A DNA stretch of 61,884 bases, filler included, from Basidiobolus ranarum (Eukaryota), in assembly GCA_040143965.1 (NCBI GenBank). It is 19 parts of 19 records of this genome, joined end to end, with 100 filler letters (N's around TTAATTAATTAA, not from the genome) between each part and the next. Parts side by side here need not be neighbours in the genome. Positions count along the whole stretch, not along the records: positions 22,900 to 26,065 come from JASJQH010009558.1; positions 26,166 to 29,329 come from JASJQH010009559.1; positions 29,430 to 32,593 come from JASJQH010009560.1; positions 32,694 to 35,855 come from JASJQH010009561.1; positions 35,956 to 39,114 come from JASJQH010009562.1; 14 more parts are not named here. One strand, written 5' to 3'. Both the position numbers and the translations under genes were made by a program. The notes beneath the pieces are model-generated. The model was not told the origin of the DNA, searched no databases, and saw only the letters and a list, made by a program, of their open reading frames with translations. Of the stretch, positions 25,116-36,868 are shown piece after piece. Position 1 is the first letter of the stretch, and the number at the start of each line of letters is the position of its first letter.

Positions 25116-26165
25116 ATCAAATATATGTGAGAGGTTAGCAGGATTAAGTCACCAAACTGTTGTGACTAATGTTGGGCGGATTGTTTTAGTAAGCTACAAA
25201 GTGGTTGGCAACTGAGATTCAACGTTAGCCCTTTTATACATGCTGTCTCGATTGGAACTACTGCCGTTACTATTGTTAGATATGACGCCTGTGTGAGATT
25301 AAATCCTGTTATAAACCTGTGATATAATCGAAGCACCAAGATGGCCTTTAATTTGATAGAATGTCTATCATAGAGTGTAGTCTCAAACCGCAAAAATGTA
25401 TTAAAAATATCGAATCCCACCTAGTCAAGCTTCTTTAAAATACAAGAAATCAAAGTTAAATATACGTTTATATAGTATGATACAATATGGAATTCCTCGA
25501 TTCATGTAGAGCTGAGCATCTTGCTTGAACTCGGATTAAAGTATACTTCAAGACATCACGCATCCATTGCTAATGAATAGAAATAGGCAACTTGATTTTG
25601 AGTCGGATATGGTTAAGAATTGAGGTTGACTTTTTAGCATTACCATCGCTCGCGAATCAAAGTGCCAACTGGGCTACTCTACCTATAAATTGAAACCATT
25701 GTCACTTTGAGCACCTGTTGTCGTATCGATCTAACAAATTTAGTGAATGCCAAATTATACCAAGATTTGAGCATTTTAAAGTAGGGGTTTCTCATTAGTA
25801 ATCCCTATTTCTAAAGATGAGGAATTTCACATACAATGCCCATCAGTACTACGGAGCGCCGTCGGCGGAGCATCTTTAGAAGTTTAATCTATACCTGTGA
25901 TATCCGAAGGATTTCAAGACTTGGGCTTAGGGCAATGGCCATCAATGAAGCGGGCTCTATAAATAGATTTAATATGGGTCACGCATGCATCATGAGTAGT
26001 GATAGAAACTGATTTTGAATATCCATGATTTCTATTACAGCCTCTTGGTTTTGAGATGACAGAGCNNNNNNNNNNNNNNNNNNNNNNNNNNNNNNNNNNN
26101 NNNNNNNNNTTAATTAATTAANNNNNNNNNNNNNNNNNNNNNNNNNNNNNNNNNNNNNNNNNNNN

Positions 26166-27529
26166 TAGCCCAACTATTGGATCCTACACTAGATTGTGAC
26201 CATGTACTGAACCAACTTACTTCGGATCAATTACTTTCCATTGAAAGAACTGTGGGTAAGGCCAGGAAAAGTCAAGAATCACTTCATCGCACTAACGGTG
26301 GTAGAGTGTACAAACTAAAGGAAAAGCCAAGTCCCAAGATATGCCCATCTATCGATACTTCTTTGACAAAAACAAACGACGCCAAACTTTATGAACCTAT
26401 TACCTTTATGAAAGATGATGTGGAGTGGTTATGCTTCAGCTACACTCACAAAAAATGCATGCAACGTCACGAAATAAGAATTGACGTTGATACAGTGAAC
26501 TCGGAAAATATTGAGCATCAGTTCAGAATAGACAACTGTGTAATGAAGTTTCTTTATTTATTTCAGCGTTGACATGTTACTAAAATTTTTGTTCCTCTTC
26601 ATTTCTAATACAACTATGATAGGTATACCCCCGTGCCTTTTGCTCTAAAGAAGAATACCACGGAAACCGGTGGCATTATGAAACTGAATGTAATGATTTA
26701 GGATGGCGACTGTCTTATTTGAACCAAGAATTACTCAGTGGCAAACGTGGACTGATTCAACGAGCAGTCGATAGTTTCAGAAACAGGCATCCTAATTTAC
26801 GCTCGCGCAGAGTTGCACGGCAAGAAAAATTGAACAATGGAACACTGCGAAAACGAAAACCACACAGCTCTATGTCAAGTAGTGACTCCACCACTTCATC
26901 AGACAGTCCATTGAATACCCCAGACTCGGACACTATGATGTACCAGGATGTTCATTCCGGGGCTCTCTGGCCAGTTTGTGTTAACATTGGTGAAGTGAAC
27001 GCAGCCGAGATCAATGATGACTTCAAGCGACGAAATTCCATTTTTATGCGTGGTCTCATGAAAACTGATCATCCGTACGTAGCACAGCAGATGAGTTGCA
27101 ATGAGATTGCATGGAAATTGGTATGTGAACTAGGTTGAGAAAGCATGAACATCAATGAGCAATCATATTTATTAAACCCTTCTACAGGCTTGGCTAAATC
27201 CGCAATACTTAGACAATCGTAAGCTCAGTCTCCAGCGTGTTGTCGATATTTATCGGAATAAATTCAGTCCGGATCTCCAGCCACGTCCCTCGAGAAATAC
27301 TGGCTCTTCTCAAAACCCAAACAATTCCCCAATGGGAGAGTTTTCCTTAAATTCTGCCCGGTCTGTGTCTCTTTCACTGAAAATGATCGCAGACAACGCT
27401 AATCAATTCTTAACCCCAGCCTCAGCTGGCATTGACGATGACAGCCTGACCACAAGCCTGTTAAGTGACAACTCTACCGAATTTCTAGCTGATCAATTTT
27501 GGCAACAGTTGTTAAAGCCATCTATGTAA
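26166..27529 (+). CDS. Conserved fungal protein of unknown function with two copies of the 'YPRA...GNR..YE..CN.LGW.L...KRGLIQRAVDS.RN' domain; 5'-truncated
   Basis: Introns at 26540..26622 and 27121..27187 join the ORF pieces in frame. I recall the motif from fungal proteins (YBL029W/DUF8032-like); this is not verified. Confidence 0.75.
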
Positions 27530-28330
27530 AAACTCTAGCACCATCATATGTCTTCTGATTCTTTTCAATTTCCAGTCCTTCCAAAATAGTCATCGAGAGC
27601 TGACCTAAAAATAAATGAATTTCCTGATATTCACCATTTTTGAACTCCGTGGAGATTCAGAATTCAGCCTATAACAAGCTCAGATTATTCTAGCGCAACC
27701 AAAAGGGAATATCAACCCAAGTTGGAGTTTAGCCATCTTGTTGAATCCGACTGCTCGAGCATGGAGTCTCTGCACATTGCTTGAATCACTGGAAAAGATA
27801 ATACCCCAAAAGTGAGGCTATAACCTCATAGCTAATCAATAGACATACCATTTATCTTGTCCTTCATTACGGTGTAACTGCACTTAATTGAGCACATATG
27901 TTCTCATCTGTAAAATGTACACAATCTCTTGGACACCTTGCCATATAGAAAATGGGGGAATTGCATTGCATACTGCACAATGCTCCAAGAGAGGTATGAG
28001 TATACTGAGTAAGTCAAGACAAAGGCTAGAAGCTCATAGTGCGACTGAATATCCTTTTTTTGGCTTTTATGTTGAACAGAAGGTTACCAAGCCAGTAATC
28101 ACCTGATATACCCAAGTTGACTTAAAGTTGGCAGCTTTTTTACACTAATTAAGTGACTTTTTATTTCTAATGATCTCATATTAACGTGACTATTCCCAAT
28201 TATCAAGCAGCTCCCTTGTTATGAAGGCCCATTTCACGCCGAACATTGATATCCTATCCGTTTGTCAACTGAGATTTTCCACGAATACTTATCTATTCCT
28301 GTGAACCTTGGGTCTAGCAGCGTCTTAACG

Positions 28331-28932
28331 ATGGACGAGAGACCTTTACCTCCTGGATGGTACTAACAGCCGTACCTCTTGTAATACTCTCATCTTTCTA
28401 ATAATCGACGTTTACATAGGATTTCGAGTTCGGATTCTCCTGACAATACCACGTATTGCACAAGTAGGCATTGGACATTTGTGAACGTTCGAACCTTTAT
28501 AACTAATCTCGAAGAATCTCTCACGATACAAGTATCGACCAAACCACTGGGGTTGATCCGCGTCCCGAATACTATTTAGAAAAAGAAGGCTGTCGAATAA
28601 ACAGCTCAAACCTGCATTCTGCTTTTCCTGATAGCTCTCATTATCCTACTATTGACTTACAAGAGGCAAACAACTGCTGTGACTCCACTTCGAACGAGCT
28701 TGTTCTTCCCTGTGGTCTAACGCTGAGTCTGAATAATTAGTCTTTTGCTATCCCTAGTCTAAATATACCATATTCCTCTAAAACACCCAATTTTGACAAA
28801 TTTCTTAGTGGTTCAATTGAAAGTCTGAAATCTCCAACTTTTATTTCTAGAAGAACAAATTCAATTGGTGAAAGGAACAAGATAAACAATAATCTCATCA
28901 AAGACAAATCATTTTCTATGACCAAGATTTGA
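28331..28932 (+). pseudogene. Decayed WW-domain protein gene
   Basis: MDERPLPPGW|intron|IS... then DTSIDQTTGVDPR, with the second Trp replaced by Gly. There is a frame inconsistency, an internal TAG at 28738, and truncation next to a repeat. Confidence 0.55.
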
Positions 28933-28940
28933 TATGCTCC

Positions 28941-29329
28941 CTTAGGGGGGGATGAAAAGCACCAGTAGGTGTAATATATATTTATCAATTTAAACAAAGT
29001 CAATAAATAAATAAGCTAAGTTAGAATATAATATTCAAAGATAAAGTCAAGATGTTGACAAAGCTAAGTTTCCTAGTAAGCTAGGCCTAAGAGTATTCCT
29101 TAGGGTATAGATGTTCTGGTAAGGGTAAGAAAGGGTAAGGATGAAAAGAGGGGGTTTGGGGGATGCAGTCCTCCCAGTATAAAAAGAAAGCAGGGGGTTT
29201 TGGGGATGCAATCCCCCATGTACACCCTTCCCACAATATACTCAAGTCACTAGTATATGGAAAGAATTGGGCTTGCCCAAATTTTCCAAAGTTCAGTTCT
29301 CTGACCTTTGACATCCCTGAGGAAGAGAC
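28941..29329 (+). repeat. Interspersed repeat with a G-rich terminus and paired GC hairpins (unclassified transposon end)
   Basis: Matches the reverse complement of 58745-58897; the shared boundary is CTTAGGGGG...ATGAAAAGCACCAG. Confidence 0.75.
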
Positions 29330-31668
29330 NNNNNNNNNNNNNNNNNNNNNNNNNNNNNNNNNNNNNNNNNNNNTTAATTAATTAANNNNNNNNNNNNNNN
29401 NNNNNNNNNNNNNNNNNNNNNNNNNNNNNACACTCCCTCTTATCCGAACTCCCGAGGGGAGAAAAGAAAAGTACATGTTGTATACCTCTAAAGTTATAGC
29501 TGAAGAAGAACTAAGACTCTATTGAATATGCTTCGGTTGGCTGAGAATCCCGAATTAGCTGAGCAGTGAGACGAAGGCGAACAAGATAAAAGAAACACAG
29601 TCAAGCTATTTCGATAAAGATAGCAACTGGCAGAACGCCCAGATTATAAAAATAAATCAAGGCTTATGCTCGAGATATAAATGCAGTGATAAAATCAAGA
29701 CAGCCCAGGGGTGAGACGACCAACGGACAATTAGGAAAGAGGACACAATATGGCAAAAGGAGAATGAGAGTTAATCAATGAACTTTGCTATTTGGTTTCC
29801 GAGGATCTAACTCGATCAAGTGGCGCTGGGCTCAAGTTTGATAAAGTAGGTGGTCACTAGTCCAATAAGGAAACTTAAAATAGTAACCTTCTCAATCCTT
29901 GTATAAAATAAAAACGAACAGAATACGTGTGCGCTGGGAGTCAATCCCAATATTGATATATTCAGCCCCACCCATCAAACAGTGAGCTTGGATCAACTTG
30001 ATCGATTAACAACGGGCACACTGTAGTGGATATACTGATCGCATCTGGGCTTGCTTGAATCACATAGGTACGACAGTCTTTGTACCATAGAGTAGCCCAT
30101 AATGTCATTATTGGGAATGCAATATATTCAATATATCGCTACGTACATAGACATAAGCACTGAAAAGCCATCCTCTTATTAGTCTCAATCTAAGGTGTAG
30201 GAAATGGCGAGCTCGATGGATATGTGAATTGTTCACATCATAGAATTCCAAGATACCCTCTACTGATAAGGCCCCAATCCCGCCGAGATGCGATCTTTCC
30301 AGCAAACGAAAGTCGCACTATGTTCGCATGGTAAAAGCTTTGGAAATTAAGATGGATAGCGATTAAAAATTAAGGAATTCCCATGTATTATCAATGTGAG
30401 TCAAAAGTAACAGTGAACCTCAACATCTTTTGCCGTAGTACAAAGTCTGACATACATCCCTAAGAGAATGCTTCGTCCCCATGGGTGCATTTCTTGTCAC
30501 TTGAGTTTGGCTATATTAGGCGGAGATTGTCAAGTCTCTACCAAACGAATGAACATCTTGGGAATTGACCTGCTAATCCCATTTATTCGTGTGAGTCAGG
30601 CATTGCGAAGAAACTGGTTCTTCGCTTAGACTTGCCAATTCTAGCTCGAATGCATAAACTATGTAGCTTCAAGATGGAGTATTCGGTGCTTTCCCGTCAG
30701 AAATGTCAATGATTTTCTTGAATGACGATTTATATCAAGTAGCACGATGGTTTGAATGAAAGAGTGAATTCCGGATCCGATTCATAGATGCTATTGCCAT
30801 ATACACGTTGCTCATGTGAATGTACCTCCCGGTTTGTCTTAGCGCCATTAACATCAAAAGCCAATGATTCTGTTGATTGAGTGATTACGGAGATGAATTT
30901 GCTATTAATTTGTCCGAGTTCACTGCTCCTCTTGTAAATGGTCGGTTGTCTCTCTATTCTTCTCTATACCAATGAGTATTTTCAATCTGATTTCTCTAAC
31001 GAAGCCTGATTATATCATGATTTATTTTTGGTTTACGTTTATGTGAATTTAGGCAGGTAAGTAGAAGTCACTTCACTCAGATCCAGAATATATTATATAG
31101 GAATTGTATTCCAGAAAAAAGAGAATACCATCTCCCAGCAACTTATAGAGATGTCCCAGCCATAGTGGACCTCTAACACTGATGTTTCCTTGTGCTTTTC
31201 AAATACCAATACTCATAGCCTTTGTTGAACGTGCCAAAACTGTAGAAACAAGCAAGCTTCATCCAGTAACATATTGTAGCTGAGCTAAATGCATCAAGCC
31301 TATCCTTTGCTTATCACATCCTCTCTAGATAGGTGCAGCGCTCACTTGCAATAAACTGACATATGCAATAGGTTGATATATGGCTACTCTGGACATACTC
31401 TTATCTTCATAAATAACAATGAGCTCGTATTCATGGGAATTCGGCAACAGATGAATAGATAGGTTTCATTGTTAGGAATCTGAACTGTCTTTCTAGCCTT
31501 CAGAGTCTCAGAATTTGAGGGTGACAACTTCATCCCGTTTAATTATTTCGATCAAATCAACTCAGGCCTGAGCTAATCTTAGATTTGGTAAACAAAAATT
31601 TTCCATGGACAATAAATTCCGATTTTGTTGGCTCGGCACATTCTCTCTTTCCAGTATCCTTGATTATC

Positions 31669-32593
31669 ATGGTGAGTTTCTATCTATCATTAGTTGTAGA
31701 CATCCATCTTTATTGGATTGCTCCATGCTGAGCCTTTATCATAATCCATTGAATCTCTGCCCAACTACTTAATATCTACGAGTGATAATATACTAATGCT
31801 CATGTTCTGTAGTCTCATCGTAAATTCGAGGCTCCTCGCCACGGTTCTTTGGGTTTCCTTCCCCGTAAGCGCTCCAGAACTCACAGAGGAAGATGCAAGT
31901 CTTTCCCTAAGGATGATGCTTCCAAGCCTGTCCATATGACTGCTTTCTTGGGTTACAAAGCTGGTATGACCCACATCGTTCGTGATTTGGATCGTCCCGG
32001 ATCTAAGAACCACAAGAAGGAAATCGTTGAACCTGTTACCATTATCGAAGCCCCCGCTATGGTTGTTGTCGGTGTTGTTGGTTACGTTGAAACCCCTCGC
32101 GGTCTCCGCTCTTTGACCACTGTCTGGGCCGAACATTTGTCTGATGAGCTCAAGCGTAGATTCTACAAGAACTGGTACCGCTCCAAGAAGAAGGCTTTCA
32201 CCAAGTATGCCAAGAAGCACGCTGATGGTGCCAAGCCAATCCTTCGTGAATTGGAACGTATTAAGAAGTACTGTACCGTTGTCCGTGTCCTTGCCCACAC
32301 TCAAATCCGCAAGGTTAACATTGGTCAAAAGAAGGCTCACATTGCTGAAATTCAACTCAACGGTGGTTCCATCGCTCAAAAGGTTGACTGGGCTAGAGAA
32401 CATTTCGAAAAGACTGTTGATGTTACCTCTGTCTTTGAACAAGATGAGATGATCGATGTCATCGGTGTTACCAAGGGTAAGGGTTTCGAAGGTGTCACCC
32501 ATCGTTGGGGTACCAAGAAGCTTCCTCGTAAGACTCACAAGGGTCTCGGTAAGGTTGCGTGGATGGGTGCTTGGCCTCCGTCCCGTGTCATGT
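31669..32593 (+). CDS. RPL3: 60S ribosomal protein L3 (uL3); 3'-truncated
   Basis: ATG-only first coding exon, intron 31672..31812, then [20 protein letters not shown]...[10 protein letters not shown]...TKGKGFEGV. Strong codon bias and a pyrimidine tract upstream. Confidence 0.99.
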
Positions 32594-32693
32594 NNNNNNN
32601 NNNNNNNNNNNNNNNNNNNNNNNNNNNNNNNNNNNNNTTAATTAATTAANNNNNNNNNNNNNNNNNNNNNNNNNNNNNNNNNNNNNNNNNNNN

Positions 32694-32850
32694 TGCTTGG
32701 ATGAACTCACCCGAACATCGTAGAAATATCCTAAACCCAATCTTCACTCAAACTGGTATGGCATACGATCTTCAAGGAAGCTATTAGACTCAGGATTTCG
32801 GTCGACCTATGACCTTACGAAGACGTTCGGCAAGAATCTCTAGAAAATAA
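32694..32850 (+). CDS. C-terminus of a CAP/SCP-domain protein (bacterial YkwD-like motif), with an in-frame TAG at 32785-32787; 5'-truncated
   Basis: Reads AWMNSPEHRRNILNPIFTQTGMAYDLQGSY*TQDFG; the family consensus is WMNSPGHRxNIL...YWTQxFG. Confidence 0.85.
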
Positions 32851-34713
32851 TAGTTTATTACAATAGATGTAAAGCAGTATACAACTTGATAGATCGGATC
32901 CCTACTTTGGCATAACCACTTATTAGATGCATTAATAAAACCATACCCGCCACGCTTTATGATTACTCCAATATTTATAGATTATTTTACTTGAGGCCTC
33001 ATCCATAGTAACTGAACACCTGATTATTCATCTTTCATATCAATAATGCCCACAACTGTGGTCGTTTTTTGATGGCTCTTTTAAGTCACATATCAATCTC
33101 AGATGTCGCACAATATATATTGATACTGTTTAGCGCTTTACTAGTCAAAAATTTAGTAGTAAATTAATACTAGCTACTTTGCATGACAAGAAACCAACAT
33201 TCGATAGCTCTAATCATTTCACTATTTTCTTAATATTAAGAGAGTGGCACTGTTCATCAGAATTGTTCGCAAAGGTTAGGTTCTTGTAACTAGGGGGTTA
33301 GAAATGAGAAAAGCAAAGAGTAGTGAAGTTCATCCCTCCTTTGATGATAAGAAAGTAAAGGAATATACAGAGGTAATTCCTCATAAGTAATAGAAACAAA
33401 GTTTTAAATTCAAACTGTTGTTACGGAATAAAAACCTGTGATTCTGAATGATCTCTGCAAGCCTGTTACATCTCTATATCATCTCTATCTCATCTCCTAT
33501 TAGGAGGAATATATGTAGAATAGAAAGATTGAAATAGTTAGAATGCGGAGGATCACCGTTGGTGATGTCCAAAATTAGTACATTTTGAGTTAAACAAGAT
33601 GCGCTAGTACTCGGACCAAGGTCGCTAGCGGATTCTGCATGGAAGTTGCACCAACAGTTTTGTTTATTTCATTTAACTTAATAATCACGCTCGATTGATG
33701 ATAATTGTATTTTATAGCATTATTTAAATTAAATAAACCATCTGACACGCTCTTCATCCTCTCTATTTATACTAGTGTTATTGGTTCTGATATGCATTTT
33801 GTTAAAGGTTTTGTATTAAGTGATGGCTAAATATTTAAGCTATCGCGGTAATCCTGACTGTTCATGGATAGTGAGTGCTGGTTTGACCGGAGAAACAGCG
33901 AGTGTTATAAATTTAAGTGACTAAAAGCTATATCCATTGGTGTGTATACACTGTAAGTGGCCGGATCTATGCATCCGTAAAAGGTCACAAATCCTCATAC
34001 AAACATCCGAATCTGGTTTCATATACATGGCTTGATCCGATGTATATTCAACTAAATCTTTGATCAATTTATTAATTAATTGCAATGGGAATGGGGATTC
34101 ACTAAACACCAAACCACCTGCAAAGTGTTAGAGAAAAATAGACTGTGACTATGATGATAGAAATGCTTGTGCTTTTACTACGTGTGGAGCAGTGCTTCCC
34201 CAATGGTTTGATATCCAGTCAAGTAGTGCTTTTCCAATGGTTTGATATGCATATGATATCACTTCACGATTCTAATCGTCAACCTTCAACTGGATTACAA
34301 CCGCCACATTCGTACGTGCACTCTTGAGCGGCTTGAAGTCGATATCAGCACAGCTGCAAGTTTCTTCGTTACTAAGACACATAATCCAGATATACATTCA
34401 GTCAGTAGCCGAACAATATGTGCTATCTGAGAATGTGGACAGTGTGTTACTGTTCATATGAAATAAGGCATCTTTGATAGGCAACTGATACACCTTATTT
34501 CAATACACACTTAACAGTCAGAAGGAGACAAAAGTCAATTGAAATACGTAAACATCGTTTTCCTAAACAGGGGAAAGGAAAAACATATAACAACGTTGCA
34601 CCATTCTGGGAAAATGATCACCAATAACAATGGATGCATTAATTGGACACGTTAATATAAAGCACTTTCAAAGAATTTACTACTTTACAATCCATTTTTC
34701 GAACTGAGAAACT

Positions 34714-35855
34714 ATGACTTACATTTCGAAAATCTTCTCTGTTAGTGTGGGTGCACTATCTGTGTTAGCTGTTACTGCACACACTCACAACGCTTACAGT
34801 TCTGCTCGCGCCCACAACGACTACAGTTCTGCTCACACCAGCGATGAATACATTTATAGAGCTGTCGAACAGCTGAAGAAGGAAGGCTTGAAATCCAAGT
34901 ATTCTCACTTTTATACCTGCCTTCTTGGAATGACCCTTAACTCTTCCTTGAATAATCATGTAGTAATGTTTGAAATCGGTTGGCAGAAATGACAGATCTT
35001 TATGGTGCTAGACCTGTGGGTTCTAAAAATCTTGAAGATGTAGGCATTAGTCATTGTATATCTCAGCATCAATAACTCTTAACCAATACTATTATGCTAG
35101 TCAATCGATTGGATTATTCGTACCATCAAGAATGAAGATAAGAATCTCAGAGTTACTACTCAAAATGTCAAGGTTGGATTCTGTTTTGGAAAATTCAATC
35201 AATTCTTCGATTCTAACCAGAATTAAGCTTGATATATGGCATCGTCAAGAAGAATCGCTGAAATTGTTTACTCCGACTCGTGGTATAGTAGAATTGGACG
35301 TCAAGGGACTGGGTCGATCAGTTAGCACCGATCATCGCGGGTTAACTGCTGATGTCATAGTTGTCAGCAGCTTTGATGAACTTGAGGAAGTAAAGGACTC
35401 AGTAGAAGGGAAAGTGGTCTTATTCAATAATCCCTTCATCTCCTATAGAGAAAGCGTTGGTTACCGGGTAAATGGAGCTGTAAACGCAGAGAAATATGGA
35501 GCCATTGCTGTATTGGTTAGATCAGTTACTCCATATTCTCTAAATACCGTTCATGTAGGTGCTAATACTAGAGCCAAGTATAGTATATCGTTCCATCCAA
35601 TATTGTTCCATTCAACCACTTTTTCTCTGTAAAATCATAGCTAAACATATCTCTAGCATTCCTGCTGCATCCATCACTGTGGAGGATGCCAATCTGCTTG
35701 GTCGTATGTATAACCGATCCATATCTGAGGAAGCAAGATATGCTGACAAGACAAATTTCCCCTGCCCGCGTGTGAACCTACGCCTTAGCAATACTTGGAA
35801 GCCTAAATCAAAAGTTTCTCGTAATATTATCGTTGATGTCAAAGGTCGTGAGAAG
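34714..35855 (+). CDS. Carboxypeptidase Q-like secreted M28 peptidase with a PA domain; in-frame TGA at 34971-34973; 3'-truncated
   Basis: Signal peptide; spliced translation NV*NRLAEMTDLYGARPVGSKNLED...WHRQEES...LGRSVST...GKVVLFN...GAIAVLVRSVTPYSL...IPAASITVEDA...SRNIIVDVKGRE. Four GT-AG introns, the first at 34899..34963. Confidence 0.88.
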
Positions 35856-36868
35856 NNNNNNNNNNNNNNNNNNNNNNNNNNNNNNNNNNNNNNNNNNNNT
35901 TAATTAATTAANNNNNNNNNNNNNNNNNNNNNNNNNNNNNNNNNNNNNNNNNNNNTCGGATCTTGTATAGAATATTTTGGATTGATTCAGTTGTTAAGAA
36001 ATCAATCCTCCATGTCAACTCATCGATATGAAACAAGACATCATGAATGAAATTTGAATGCGCCTCAATTGACAGTCGTATGTACGCAGTAAAGATTTGC
36101 AGTAACACGCTTACGAATGCTAGGAGCCTACCGAAAATGCATATTCCAGTCACGCGTAAGGCCTATCTCGGCCGGGTATGACGTTGATTTGAGTGAATCT
36201 GATTAGGCAACAATTACCCAATGACCAGAGTCGGCTTTAGCTCGAGCGTATGATTCACCATCTGCTACCTGATCCAAGCAATCAGTTTAATAGAGTAGGA
36301 TTTTGTAGTCACGCCAGACTTGCGGAGTGTACGAATGCCACGGAGATCGCTTGGTTTTGCATGCAATATGAACATAGCAGGAAATGGAATTGAGGAACAG
36401 AGTTAAAAATTAAAGCGTCGCGACGAATCTGGTCCTTGAATGAAAACATTATATATAGCATTTATTCTGGGAAATTTGTATGTGATTCGCATGTGACTCT
36501 TATAGCAATGGTGGAATAAATCGAGTTTGCCATGTGTTCACAAACACTCGGAATCCCATTTAATCAACTTTCTGTTGATTGATTTCTTGATTTTTTTTTA
36601 AGATATGCTTCCGAACCTTGTTTTGCAACATGTACCGGATTGGGTAATACATTAATTTATTGTACTCTCATCTCATCTTAAATATGTGCCAAGGGTGGGA
36701 TAAATGAATGAAATATTTTTCATTGGTTTGCATTCTATGTTTGTGTGCACTCATTCTACACCAATAGATGGGGTTCAATACTGTTCGCGTGGGAACACCC
36801 GACATTGCTTTCTGGTTTTCAATATATAGAACTCAGTTTTCTGACACTTCATCACAATATCTTGGATC

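Noticed and set aside
31672-31812. Intronic snoRNA in the RPL3 intron
   Set aside because: No C box (RUGAUGA) paired with a D box and no convincing H/ACA hairpins are visible.
31765-32538. 257-aa antisense ORF over RPL3
   Set aside because: A shadow ORF caused by the strong codon bias of a highly expressed gene.
32545-32593. Radical RPL3 substitutions near the peptidyl-transferase centre ([14 protein letters not shown] versus the conserved GLRKVACIGAWHPS)
   Set aside because: Four single-base changes cluster in the last 50 bp of a contig, which is typical of a low-quality read end.
24375-34973. Full genetic-code reassignment of TAG or TGA to Trp
   Set aside because: Trp is TGG at dozens of other positions, TGA terminates the OTC gene, and the long housekeeping ORFs contain no internal stops.
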